DNA of 64,000 nucleotides from a bacterium (GTDB lineage Bacteria > SAR324 > XYD2-FULL-50-16 > G965216635). The DNA is taken from contig OZ244188.1 of NCBI GenBank assembly GCA_965216635.1, forward strand, positions 219,205-283,204, in the 5' to 3' direction. Positions 9,425 to 18,637 of this stretch are shown in pieces; within the stretch, counting starts at the first letter, position 1, and every line of letters starts with the position of its first letter. A program made the position numbers and the translations under genes. The notes below the pieces were generated by a model, which was not told the origin of the DNA, searched no databases, and was given only the letters and a program-made list of their open reading frames with translations.

Positions 9425-10873
9425 ATGAAAAAAATTGTATCGTTTCTAACCCTTATTTTAGGGATTTTTCTTTTTGCATCGTCTAATCTTTTAGCTCAAG
9501 GTAGCGATGAAGATTTTGAATATTGTTTTGTATTTGAACGACTCAAAGCAAAAAATGAAGGCGCTAATACTATAGAATCTATAAATCAAGCGAAAGAAGT
9601 TTGTAATTTAAAACTTGGTAATAGTCAAGGAGATAATAACGCTACTGGAAGTTCTACAGAAGAGAATTTAGAAAATTCAGGTTCTAGGAAAGCTCCAATT
9701 TTTACTATAGATATTTTTACTGGTAAAAAAAAAGTAAAAGGAGAGAAGTCCGAAAAACTTGTCACAACTGGGGTTTTATTGAATTATTATATTACACCTA
9801 AATTTAGTTTGGCCGCAGGCTATCTATTGTCTAAAGGGGATGTAAATGGAACTGTTGTGGATTATGAAACTGAGAGCTATACGGACTATTCTGACTATTC
9901 TTATGTAGATGAAACTTACGACGCAACAGTAGCTCGCTATACAGATGAAACCCGTGATATACGAATAAAACAATATAAAGATGAAACCCGTGATATACAA
10001 GTAAAACAATATAAAGATGAAACCTATGATGATCGAATAGCCCGATATACAATCACAACCTCTGGTAATGAACTTAGACCAAATGAACTAACAAAACCCG
10101 GTGATAAATATTTCTGTTCTTTTGGTGATTTTTCTGGATCTCCCGATATTTGTTATGCTTGGAATTATGCTAGAAGGGTCTATGGAACTTTTTTCTGTGG
10201 TAGTTCGTTTGCTGACAGACTTGCTTCCAATTACTATCAGTGTATAAAAATAGTTCGTAAACCTGATGTTTTTAAGTCTTCTTGTAAAATACATGGAGGT
10301 AATGGGTGTATTCAGTGGCAATATCAAACTACTTATGGAGTATTCTCTTACTATGAAACAAAGACTCTCACTGAGCGAGTATTCTCTCACTTTGAAACAA
10401 AGACTTTCACTGAGCGAGTATTCTCTCACTATGAAACGGAAACTCTCATTAGCCAAGTCTTCTCTCACTATGAAACAGAGACTCTCACTCGCCAAGTAGC
10501 TAGTTATGTCACAAAGACACGCCAAGTACCTCGTCGTAGTCGCACAGAAAATCTATCCATTAAAAATATTGAGTCTTCTTTGGGGGCGAAATGGCATTTA
10601 TTGGGTAATGGTTTGGTGGATTTTTTTCTAGGAGCTGGTATAGTCAATATTTCGCATAGTAGAGAATATCTAAATACTGTAGAAAGCGGAAGTGGTTCTG
10701 GTACTTATTTTGAAACTGGTATAAAGTATATTTTTAATTCTGGTTTTAATATAGGCTACTATTGGCGAAGATCTTCGGCTACTTTTGAATTAACTAATAA
10801 TGCAAATCAGCAAACTACAGAAACAGATGGAGGAGGAATTACAAGCGGGTTGACATTTGGGTTTGCCTTTTAG
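9425..10873 (+). CDS. Secreted/outer-membrane repeat protein (signal peptide, Cys-containing N-domain, two tandem-repeat blocks, C-terminal beta-barrel-like segment ending in F)
   Basis: Signal peptide MKKIVSFLTLILGIFLFASSNLLAQ. 36-bp (12-aa DETRDIRIKQYK) repeats x3 at about 9937-10045 and 42-bp (14-aa FSHYETKTLTERV) repeats x4 at about 10325-10500. C-terminal ...GLTFGFAF. Confidence 0.6.
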   Translation: MKKIVSFLTLILGIFLFASSNLLAQGSDEDFEYCFVFERLKAKNEGANTIESINQAKEVCNLKLGNSQGDNNATGSSTEENLENSGSRKAPIFTIDIFTGKKKVKGEKSEKLVTTGVLLNYYITPKFSLAAGYLLSKGDVNGTVVDYETESYTDYSDYSYVDETYDATVARYTDETRDIRIKQYKDETRDIQVKQYKDETYDDRIARYTITTSGNELRPNELTKPGDKYFCSFGDFSGSPDICYAWNYARRVYGTFFCGSSFADRLASNYYQCIKIVRKPDVFKSSCKIHGGNGCIQWQYQTTYGVFSYYETKTLTERVFSHFETKTFTERVFSHYETETLISQVFSHYETETLTRQVASYVTKTRQVPRRSRTENLSIKNIESSLGAKWHLLGNGLVDFFLGAGIVNISHSREYLNTVESGSGSGTYFETGIKYIFNSGFNIGYYWRRSSATFELTNNANQQTTETDGGGITSGLTFGFAF

Positions 10874-10981
10874 TAATGAGACCAGTAGAAATGAGACCAG
10901 TAAAAATGAGACTGTTGAATTAGTGTGATGCTAGGCACAAGCAAAAAATTTTCTCAATTTGGCAATAGTTTGGAGAAAACA

Positions 10982-11256
10982 CTAATTCAAAAGTCTTAAA
11001 TAGACCTTTGAATTTCGCTGATGTGACGGCTAGCCAAATGGTTAGAACAGGTGCGAAAAATTTTTTTAGCTCGTAGGAATACTGAAGTATTTCAAGAGTT
11101 AAAAAAATTTTTCAATGGCGTAGTAAAAAACACTACGAACCTTAAAGCTAACACAATATAGACTGCAAAAGAGCCACTGGCTCTTTTGCTAAAGCCCGTA
11201 TAGAGTGAAAGCAACAAGCTTGTTTTGGCTAAACAGAATGCAAATTCAAAAGTCTA
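10982..11256. mobile_element. Composite MITE-like repeat (about 275 bp)
   Basis: Starts aattcaaaagtcttaaatagacctttgaatttcgctg...ggctagccaaatggttagaacaggtgcg and ends gcaacaagcttgttttggctaaacagaatgcaaattcaaaagtctat. Confidence 0.7.
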
Positions 11257-11268
11257 TTAAAATTATTT

Positions 11269-12063
11269 ATGAAAAAAACAATAATACTTCTTTTTGTTGG
11301 TTGTCTTTTGAGTTTGACTGATCTTTTGGCACAGGAGAATTTTGAAAATTGTTTTGCTCTAAAAAGGATAAGAGCTAAAGCTGGCGGAGCTAGCGCTTAT
11401 GAAGCTGTAGAAATTGCAGAAACAATTTGTTATAGAAAATTCTACCCTGATAAAAAAAGAATGGTTGCTAGTAAAAAACATGCTTTAAAAGAAAATTCTG
11501 ATAAGGATACAATTCAAGAAACAAGCAAAAAAGAAAACAATAATAACTGGGTGGTTGCTACTCAACTCAGAGTCCATTGGGAACTGCAAGATGTTAAAAC
11601 TCTAGTTTCTGATACTCGCTCAGCAAAAAAAATAATCACAAATGAAGAAACACCTATAGCTAAAATAACAGGCAACAGTGATAATCTAAATCTTAGATTT
11701 GCTGGAAAAAATAGCGACCTTATTCTCAACTACTCCAAAGATGGCAAACAGAAAATCATCACTTCTACTTCTCGTGAAATAGGAAAATGGAGTTTAGGAG
11801 GCTCTCTAACAATAGATAAAGATTCTGCAAACTCAAACGCTAATATTAGTGATTTTGGAAAAATTCATCTAAAACACCGCAGCGGACTTCGTTTGAATTT
11901 TAATAGAACCAATGTTTTGAAAGATGTTAATGGTAGTAGTTCTGTAAATAGTGGTGAAATCGGCTTTACCACTAAAAATAAAAAATACAACAGCACTTTA
12001 GACGGAAGCCTTTTATTTAACGATGGATTCTCAACTAGAATTCAAATGTACCAAAGTTTTTAA
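11269..12063 (+). CDS. Secreted hypothetical protein, paralog of the N-terminal domain of 9425..10873
   Basis: Signal peptide ...LLAQ, then a conserved CF..R.KA....A.E......C pattern shared with the 482-aa protein. Confidence 0.5.
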   Translation: MKKTIILLFVGCLLSLTDLLAQENFENCFALKRIRAKAGGASAYEAVEIAETICYRKFYPDKKRMVASKKHALKENSDKDTIQETSKKENNNNWVVATQLRVHWELQDVKTLVSDTRSAKKIITNEETPIAKITGNSDNLNLRFAGKNSDLILNYSKDGKQKIITSTSREIGKWSLGGSLTIDKDSANSNANISDFGKIHLKHRSGLRLNFNRTNVLKDVNGSSSVNSGEIGFTTKNKKYNSTLDGSLLFNDGFSTRIQMYQSF

Positions 12064-12199
12064 GTTTAAGAGAAATAGATACGACAAATTCTAATTCTAT
12101 GAAAAAAAAGCTGTACTTAAAACTTGTATCTACGATTCTAATAAAATTTATAATTCTTAAAAGATTCCATTATTGTTTTATAAGGTTATAAGAATTGTA

Positions 12200-12250
12200 C
12201 CCAAAGGCTATAGGTTTTTATCTTTGCCTTTGGGTTTTTTTATTTGCAGG
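12200..12250 (+). terminator. Rho-independent terminator candidate downstream of 11269..12063
   Basis: cccaaaggc...gcctttggg stem followed by a ttttttt run. Confidence 0.45.
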
Positions 12251-12461
12251 TTTAAGTTCTAAGTGCAACTTTTTACACTAAAGCGTTTGCGGTAACATTT
12301 ATTCTTTTTTAAAGACCACATATTCAACAGAATTATGAAAAAAAAATTATTATTTAATTACCTTTTTTTGTATTTACCTTTTTTCTTCTGTTAATCTTTT
12401 AGCTCAAAAAAATAACTTTGGTGGTGTATTAAAGCTGAAAGAATAAAAGCAAAAAACTTTT

Positions 12462-12506
12462 CTAGCCTTGCCTGTCCGTCACAGATAAGCAAATTCAAAA
12501 GTCTAT
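12462..12506. mobile_element. MITE-like repeat fragment (right-end module)
   Basis: tctagccttgcctgtccgtcacagataagcaaattcaaaagtctat. Confidence 0.55.
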
Positions 12507-12633
12507 CCTATTGTTTAAAACACTTAATTAATTAAAAAACAAATAACACTCCGACTCTAATCAGTATTCCTTGCCGTTTTGTGATATTTGAGTTATTTTT
12601 ACTATAGAAAAACACCAACTCCAAAATTTTTTT

Positions 12634-13455
12634 ATGAAATTTCTAATAAAAAAAGCAATAAAAAAAACAGGTTATGCCTTCTTTTTCATTTTATTTTTTC
12701 TGCTGTTTTATTTTTCCGCAACAAATTCTAAGACTTGGGCACAAGAAAACAACAATCAGAATAAAGATTTTTTATTTCGCTATTATGTAAAAATGGGAGA
12801 TCAGTTTTATCACCATCACTATTTTCAAACGAACCTTCAACTGGCTTTTGGATATTATAAAAAAGCCTTAGAGTTAGACGATTCGCAAGTAGAGCTTTAT
12901 TGGAAAATTTCTCGTGTTTTGTGGGTTGAGCAGGAGAAAACTCTAGCAAACAAGAAAAAAAACCAACTTTTAGAAGAGGCATTGAGATACATAGAAAAAG
13001 GGCTTGCTCTCTATCCACAAAATCTAGATATCCGTCTTTGGAGTGCCATTATTAAGGGAGGTTATGTTCTCAATCAAAATTTTGTGCAGGCTATTTTGTT
13101 TTTAAAAACAGATGTTAAGAGAGATTTGGAATTTGTTTTAAGTCAAAATCCTAAATCCACCCGCGCTCTTTTTGCGCTAGGTAGTTATTACTCGCTTGTG
13201 CCGAAAGTTTTAGGAGGCAATATAGAAAAAGGCATACAGTTTATTCAGGAGGCTATAAAGGTTAATCCTAATTTTCATAGAGCAAGAATTGGTTTGGCAG
13301 AAATTTATTTAAAAAACAAGCAATACGACGAAGCAATTCAGATTTTAGAGCCTACTTTAAAAGCCACAGTATGGGAAGAAAATGGTTATGCTTTATCCTA
13401 TAAACAAAGAGCAGAAAAACTCATCCAACAGGCTCAATTAGAAAAAAGTTTGTAG
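12634..13455 (+). CDS. TPR-repeat protein with N-terminal signal/anchor
   Basis: N-terminal hydrophobic segment, then recurring 34-residue helical repeats (...AFGYYKKALELD...; ...YDEAIQILEPTL...). Confidence 0.5.
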   Translation: MKFLIKKAIKKTGYAFFFILFFLLFYFSATNSKTWAQENNNQNKDFLFRYYVKMGDQFYHHHYFQTNLQLAFGYYKKALELDDSQVELYWKISRVLWVEQEKTLANKKKNQLLEEALRYIEKGLALYPQNLDIRLWSAIIKGGYVLNQNFVQAILFLKTDVKRDLEFVLSQNPKSTRALFALGSYYSLVPKVLGGNIEKGIQFIQEAIKVNPNFHRARIGLAEIYLKNKQYDEAIQILEPTLKATVWEENGYALSYKQRAEKLIQQAQLEKSL

Positions 13456-13466
13456 CTAAAATTTTT

Positions 13467-14762
13467 ATGAAAAAAAAATACAATATTTTTTTGGATACTT
13501 TAGGTTGTCGTCTCAATTTTTCAGAAACATTTGTGATTGCAGGCAGTTTTGAAGCATTAGGTCATCGGGTGGTGCAGACTGTTGAAAAAGCGGATCTTTG
13601 TGTTCTTAATAGCTGCACTGTAACAGCCCAAAGTGATGCAAAGTGCAGACAGAAAATTCGCCTTTTTCAAAAAAGAAATCCCCGAGCTTGGCTCGCTGTG
13701 ATTGGTTGCTATTCACAAATGGACGCTAAAAAAATCCAAAAAATGGGAGTGGATATTATTTTGGGAAACCAAGAAAAAATGCAATTAGCAAATTATTTTG
13801 GAATGTTTTTAAAAACCAAATCTCCCATTCTCAATGTGCGGAAAATTTCTAAAAAACCTTTTGTCTTACCAGAGACAAAACGGGTTTCGTTACAAACTAG
13901 GGCTAGTTTAAAAATTCAAGATGGTTGTGATTTTTGCTGTGCTTTTTGTATTATTCCTTTTGCAAGGGGTAGAGCCAGACCGCGTTTGTTTGCCGATATT
14001 ATAAAAGAGGCTCGCAGTTTAGCAAAACAGGGTTATCAAGAATTGGTTTTAACGGGGGTAAATATTGGCACTTACCAAGAGCAGGGTTTTTGTTTTATGG
14101 ATATTTTAGAAGCATTGGAATCCATTGAGTCTCTGCGAAGGATTAGAATTAGTTCCATAGAACCTACTACTATAGGAACAGAAATTTTTTCTTTAATGAA
14201 AGACGAGCAAAGCAAGTTAGTGCCTTTTTTGCACTTACCTTTGCAATCAGCTTCTAATAGAGTCTTAAAGGATATGCGAAGAAAATATTCCTTTGAAGAC
14301 TACCAAAATTTTATTCAGCAGGCTTATAACGAAGTTCCAGATATTTGCTTGGGAACAGATATTATTGTGGGATTTCCTACAGAAAATGAGGCAGAATTTG
14401 AAGAGAACTATCAAAACCTACAACAAGCGCCTTTGCACTTTTACCATGTTTTTCCTTTTTCTGCTCGCAAAAAAACAAGAGCCTATAATTTGGTAGAACA
14501 TCAATCAGCAGAGATAATCCAAAAAAGAGCTAGTATCGTTCGGAATTTGAGCCAAGAAAAAAGAAAATCTTTTTATCAAACACAGTTAGGAAAAATTAAA
14601 AAGGTTTTATTTGAGGTATGCAAAGAAGACAATGTTTGGTTTGGGTATACCGATAATTATGTTCGTGTAAAAACACAGGAAAGGAGCATACAAAAAAACT
14701 TTATTGCTTCTGTTAAAATTCAAGCTGTAGATAGTATGCTTGCTGAAGCTATTCTAGTATAG
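13467..14762 (+). CDS. Radical-SAM methylthiotransferase, MtaB/MiaB family (tRNA modification)
   Basis: N-terminal MTTase domain (LGCRLNFSE) and radical-SAM cluster motif CDFCCAFCIIP; 431 aa. Confidence 0.75.
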   Translation: MKKKYNIFLDTLGCRLNFSETFVIAGSFEALGHRVVQTVEKADLCVLNSCTVTAQSDAKCRQKIRLFQKRNPRAWLAVIGCYSQMDAKKIQKMGVDIILGNQEKMQLANYFGMFLKTKSPILNVRKISKKPFVLPETKRVSLQTRASLKIQDGCDFCCAFCIIPFARGRARPRLFADIIKEARSLAKQGYQELVLTGVNIGTYQEQGFCFMDILEALESIESLRRIRISSIEPTTIGTEIFSLMKDEQSKLVPFLHLPLQSASNRVLKDMRRKYSFEDYQNFIQQAYNEVPDICLGTDIIVGFPTENEAEFEENYQNLQQAPLHFYHVFPFSARKKTRAYNLVEHQSAEIIQKRASIVRNLSQEKRKSFYQTQLGKIKKVLFEVCKEDNVWFGYTDNYVRVKTQERSIQKNFIASVKIQAVDSMLAEAILV

Positions 14763-14968
14763 ACTTTTGCATTTGCATTCTGTTTAGCCTATGCAGCGTT
14801 GAAAATTTTTTTTAACTCTTGAAATACTTCAGTATTCCAGCGAGCTAAAAAAAATTTTCGCACCTGTTCTAACCATTTGGCTAGCCGTCACATAACGCAA
14901 ATTCAAAGGTCTATAATAGACTGTCGTATTTGCATTCTGTTTAGCCAATGCAGTGTTAAAAAAAATTT
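14761..14968. mobile_element. Composite MITE-like repeat between mtaB-like gene and hemH
   Basis: agacttttgcatttgcattctgtttagcctatgcagcgttgaaaa...accatttggctagccgtcacataacgcaaattcaaaggtctat, plus a second half-copy. Its read-through translation (SRHITQIQRS) produced the artificial N-terminal extension of track ORF 14877. Confidence 0.7.
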
Positions 14969-14969
14969 A

Positions 14970-16067
14970 ATGTCCGTAAAATACAGTTCCCAAAAAAATT
15001 TCAATCATTTAGAGCTACAAAAAATAGGGATTTTACTGGTTAATTTAGGCACTCCTGATGCACCAACAACAAAATCTCTTAAGAAATACTTAAAGCAATT
15101 TTTGAGCGATCCGAGGGTGATAGAGCTACCTAAATACATTTGGTTTTTTATTTTAAATTTTATTGTTTTGCCTTTTCGTGCTCCAAAATCATCCAAAAAA
15201 TACCGTACTATTTGGGGGAAAAAAGGCTCTCCGCTATTAGTTCAATCTCAAAACCTTACTTTCAAACTACAAAAAAAACTTCCTTCTTCTATGATTTGTG
15301 CGTTGGCGATGAGTTACGGCAAACCATCTATCTGCGATGCCCTAGAAAATTTGAGAGAGCAAAATTGTAAAAAATTGCTTGTTTTACCTATGTATCCGCA
15401 ATATTCTGCAACGACTGTAGCTTCTGTTTTTGACGAAGTTTGCACACAACTGAAAAAATGGCGATGGATTCCAGAATTAAGATTTGTCAATCAGTACCAC
15501 GACGAAGAAGCCTATATTAGGGCACTTGCTGCAAGTCTTCTTCCCTTTAAAAAAATAGCAAAAAACCAAAAAATTGTTTTTTCTTATCACGGAACGCCTT
15601 TACAATCATTATTAGATGGCGATCCCTACCACTGTCAATGCCATAAAACTTCTCGTTTAATAGCGGAAAAATTAAAACTAAAAAAAGAAAATTATCTAAC
15701 CTGTTTTCAATCTAGGTTTGGCTCAAGTGCTTGGTTGCAACCCTATACCGACGAAACCTTGAAAAGCCTACCTCAAAAAAAAATCAACGAAGTTTTTATA
15801 ATATGCCCCGGTTTTTCCATAGATTGTTTGGAGACTTTGGAGGAAATCAATTCAGAAAATAGAGAAATATTCTTAAAAAATGGCGGGAAAAAATTCACTT
15901 ATATTTCTTGTTTGAACGATTCAAAACACCAGCTAAAACTTTTTCAAACTTTAGTAGACATACATACTCAAAACTGGGCGAAACAAGAGAAAAAAACAAG
16001 AGAAAAACAAAACCATCTTTATCAACAATTATTTGAAAAACACAGCTTTTTCTCCACAAACCGATAG
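14970..16067 (+). CDS. hemH: Ferrochelatase
   Basis: GILLVNLGTPDAPT N-terminal ferrochelatase signature. Start moved from track 14877 to ATG 14970 (MSVKYS...) because the upstream extension is MITE sequence. Confidence 0.8.
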   Translation: MSVKYSSQKNFNHLELQKIGILLVNLGTPDAPTTKSLKKYLKQFLSDPRVIELPKYIWFFILNFIVLPFRAPKSSKKYRTIWGKKGSPLLVQSQNLTFKLQKKLPSSMICALAMSYGKPSICDALENLREQNCKKLLVLPMYPQYSATTVASVFDEVCTQLKKWRWIPELRFVNQYHDEEAYIRALAASLLPFKKIAKNQKIVFSYHGTPLQSLLDGDPYHCQCHKTSRLIAEKLKLKKENYLTCFQSRFGSSAWLQPYTDETLKSLPQKKINEVFIICPGFSIDCLETLEEINSENREIFLKNGGKKFTYISCLNDSKHQLKLFQTLVDIHTQNWAKQEKKTREKQNHLYQQLFEKHSFFSTNR

Positions 16068-16080
16068 CCCAACTGGATAA

Positions 16081-16118
16081 TGAGACCTTTGAATTAGAAT
16101 GCTAATTCAAAAGTCTAT
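16081..16118. mobile_element. Minimal 38-bp MITE hairpin (both inverted ends only)
   Basis: tgagacctttgaatt-agaatgct-aattcaaaagtctat. Confidence 0.6.
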
Positions 16119-16231
16119 ATAAAAAAGGAGCAGAAAAAATAAAAAAAACTGCCAATAGCCACTAAGTACTATTGACAAGAAGGTGTTTTTCTGTAATTAT
16201 TCTTTATAAAGGATAAGCAGAAAAAATAAAA

Positions 16232-16371
16232 AACTTTTGAATTAGCGTTCTGTTTAGCCTATGCAGCGTTAAAAAAAAATTTTAACTCTTGAAATATTAC
16301 ATATATTCCTGCGAGCTAAAATTTTTTTTTGCCTTGCCTAGCCGTCACATAACGCAAATTCAAAGGTCTAT
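16232..16371. mobile_element. MITE-like repeat (about 140 bp)
   Basis: aacttttgaattagcgttctgtttagcctatgcagcgtt...ttgccttgcctagccgtcacataacgcaaattcaaaggtctat; nearly identical to 28938-29080. Confidence 0.75.
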
Positions 16372-16459
16372 AAAAAACTGCCAACAACCAATAGTTTGCT
16401 ATTATTGTTTTTTTCTGCTAATTTTTATTTTAATACTAACATTTTCATTACAAATAATT

Positions 16460-17857
16460 ATGAAAAACATAAATTCCCAAGTTTTAAGGAAAACTTCAGC
16501 TGTTCGTTTTACTCTGGTTCGTTTCGTTTTGGCAGCTATTCTTATTCCCGCTATTCTTATAGGAAGTGCCTTTACTTTTGGAGGCAGTAATCTGCAAGCC
16601 CAAGCGAATGGTGGCAGCAAGCAGGGATTTTTCGCTGGTTTTGTCTATTTGAGTGGTTTTAAAGTGGATAGCACAAAAAAGGTCACCACAAATATCACAA
16701 CCACTGCAAACGCTATAACAGGCTATAGAATCACTGGCTCTTCAGACGCAACTTCTATAGTCGCCAACGTAGATGCCGTTTTTAATACTCAGATTAATGG
16801 TATTATTCATTATAACGGAGTAAAAGCTCTTTTGAAAGAGAGTTGTGAAACAGGAGTCACATCGGTTACAGCGTATGGTAGAACTTATAGTTATGGCAGC
16901 ATTGATCTGGATTCTTTTGATGCAGGCACAAGTAAAGGTGAAGGAACTAGTGTGACCACCACAAGTGATGGATCTGGCACGATAGTGCACAGTAATCAGA
17001 ATCTATTTCCTACGGGAACAAGAAATGATGGAGATGACACTAATTATTGTTTCACTTACTTTTTCGGTGATCTTTCCTCCGATAGAACCTCTATTACTCT
17101 TTCTGCTTATAAGGGGGTATCTGACGATTCAGAACCAACTACAACTGCTGTAATTGTGGATCCAACAGCAATCACTAGTAGTAGCAAGAGCGATAAAATC
17201 TCAGGTATTGGTCTGCAATTCGGCTTTAGGTGGGAAAAATGGAGAGCCTCCTTGACTCACTTTACTGGCAAGGGGGGAGATAACGAGCTCGCCAATACGC
17301 TAGTTATGGCGGATTATTTTGTAAACGAGGGTCTTTTTGTAGGAGGCGGTCTAGCGAGTATGAAGCTTACCAATGGCTCCGCCAGCGGCTCCGCCACAAG
17401 TCCAGCGCTTAGAGTCGGCTATAAGCAGAAATTAACCCCCAACCTATCGCTTAATTTTGGCTTGACTAAGTATATCTCGGGAGTTTCTCTAAAAAACAGT
17501 GTTACTACTAATAATACTACTACTGCTAATGCTAATGCTAATACTACTCCCATTGTGTTACGCTCTTTTGAAGAAACACAGACTCCTGACCGCGGCGATT
17601 CAGCAGTGGTTGGTGTTTCCAACATACGATTTGGTACCAGTCAAACTATTACCGCAAGATATTTTGTTGTACCTAGTACTCAAATGTTTGATAGTGATCG
17701 TAGAACACCAGTGACTCAAGTCCGCAGCAGAACTGTATATATAAACGAAATCCAGACTCCAGCAGGATCAGAAACTCAGACAACCACAACTACAGAAACC
17801 GATGCCGAACTCAAAGCACCACTCGTCATCAGCATCTCCTTCCACTTGAGTTTTTAA
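16460..17857 (+). CDS. Outer-membrane beta-barrel family protein with Thr/Ser/Asn-rich variable regions (paralog of 53281..54570)
   Basis: Start moved to MKNINSQ (16460) because the track start 16289 lies inside the MITE. Signal peptide ends NLQAQA. The C-terminal half (GLQFGFRWEKWRASLTHF...LVMADYFVNEGLFVGGGLA...LRVGYKQ) aligns with 53281 ORF. Terminal ...FHLSF. Confidence 0.6.
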   Translation: MKNINSQVLRKTSAVRFTLVRFVLAAILIPAILIGSAFTFGGSNLQAQANGGSKQGFFAGFVYLSGFKVDSTKKVTTNITTTANAITGYRITGSSDATSIVANVDAVFNTQINGIIHYNGVKALLKESCETGVTSVTAYGRTYSYGSIDLDSFDAGTSKGEGTSVTTTSDGSGTIVHSNQNLFPTGTRNDGDDTNYCFTYFFGDLSSDRTSITLSAYKGVSDDSEPTTTAVIVDPTAITSSSKSDKISGIGLQFGFRWEKWRASLTHFTGKGGDNELANTLVMADYFVNEGLFVGGGLASMKLTNGSASGSATSPALRVGYKQKLTPNLSLNFGLTKYISGVSLKNSVTTNNTTTANANANTTPIVLRSFEETQTPDRGDSAVVGVSNIRFGTSQTITARYFVVPSTQMFDSDRRTPVTQVRSRTVYINEIQTPAGSETQTTTTTETDAELKAPLVISISFHLSF

Positions 17858-17944
17858 TGGGAGCAGGGTACTATAAAATTTGCGTTATGTGCTCTAGGCA
17901 AAAAGTCTGTTTTATAAGAGCTACTTTTATTAACTTTTATTAAT

Positions 17945-18577
17945 ATGTATCAAAAAAAAGTTTATTTTTTAATTCTTTTGGTTGGGTTTTTCAGCACTTC
18001 TTTAGTTTTTAGCTGGGATAAGGAGTTTTTTGAAAATATTGAGCAACCTATTGCATTTCCTCATAAACTGCATACCGTCAACAATGGTATAAGCTGTGAG
18101 TATTGCCATTCTTCGGCTCGTAATTCTATAAATGCGGGAATTCCTCCCGTGAGAACCTGTATCGGCTGTCATGCTTTAGTAAAAGGTCGTAGCGAAGAAC
18201 AGAAAAAAGAAATCCAAAAAATCACGGATTATTGGCAGAAAAAAGAGCCTATTCCTTGGAAAAAAATACACGATTTACCAGATTTTGTTTATTTTTCGCA
18301 TAAAAGACATATCAAAGCAGGTTTTGATTGCACGAATTGCCACGGAGATGTATCGGAAACCAAGACTCCTGTTCCCAAACCTCTTTATGGGAAGACTCCT
18401 TTGAGTATGGGTTGGTGTATTAGCTGTCATCTTGACGATCATCCAGTGGATAAAAATGGCAAAATAATCACTCTTCCTCGTTTGACGCGTGGGGGAATAA
18501 GGCAGTATGATAAGCCGACTCCAAAAGCGGTTGGTGTAAAAAATGGGAGTTTGGATTGTTTAGTTTGCCACAAATGA
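17945..18577 (+). CDS. actA: Alternative complex III subunit A, pentaheme cytochrome c
   Basis: Five CxxCH motifs (CEYCH, CIGCH, CTNCH, CISCH, CLVCH), N-terminal membrane anchor, position upstream of actB. Confidence 0.8.
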   Translation: MYQKKVYFLILLVGFFSTSLVFSWDKEFFENIEQPIAFPHKLHTVNNGISCEYCHSSARNSINAGIPPVRTCIGCHALVKGRSEEQKKEIQKITDYWQKKEPIPWKKIHDLPDFVYFSHKRHIKAGFDCTNCHGDVSETKTPVPKPLYGKTPLSMGWCISCHLDDHPVDKNGKIITLPRLTRGGIRQYDKPTPKAVGVKNGSLDCLVCHK

Positions 18578-18637
18578 GAATCTTTGAATTAGATATTAAA
18601 CTTTGCATAACGCTAAAGATTTTAATAAAATAGAAAA

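Noticed and set aside
9937-10500. Possible CRISPR array (regular direct repeats)
   Set aside because: Repeats are 36 and 42 bp, contiguous with no unique spacers, in frame within a coding sequence that encodes repeated peptide units. No cas genes are present.
9824-10525. Minus-strand ORFs 9824..10009, 9831..10052, 10088..10525 and plus ORF 10266..10499
   Set aside because: They fall within the tandem-repeat region of the 482-aa gene. Repeats keep all frames open. There are no start/RBS contexts or independent motifs.
14877-16590. N-terminal extensions of track ORFs 14877 and 16289 (MASRHITQIQRS... / ...SRHITQIQRSIKNCQQ) and small ORFs 16396..16620
   Set aside because: The extensions are in-frame translations of the MITE sequence ctagccgtcacataacgcaaattcaaaggtct. 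The true starts are ATG 14970 (hemH) and ATG 16460 (OMP, signal peptide).
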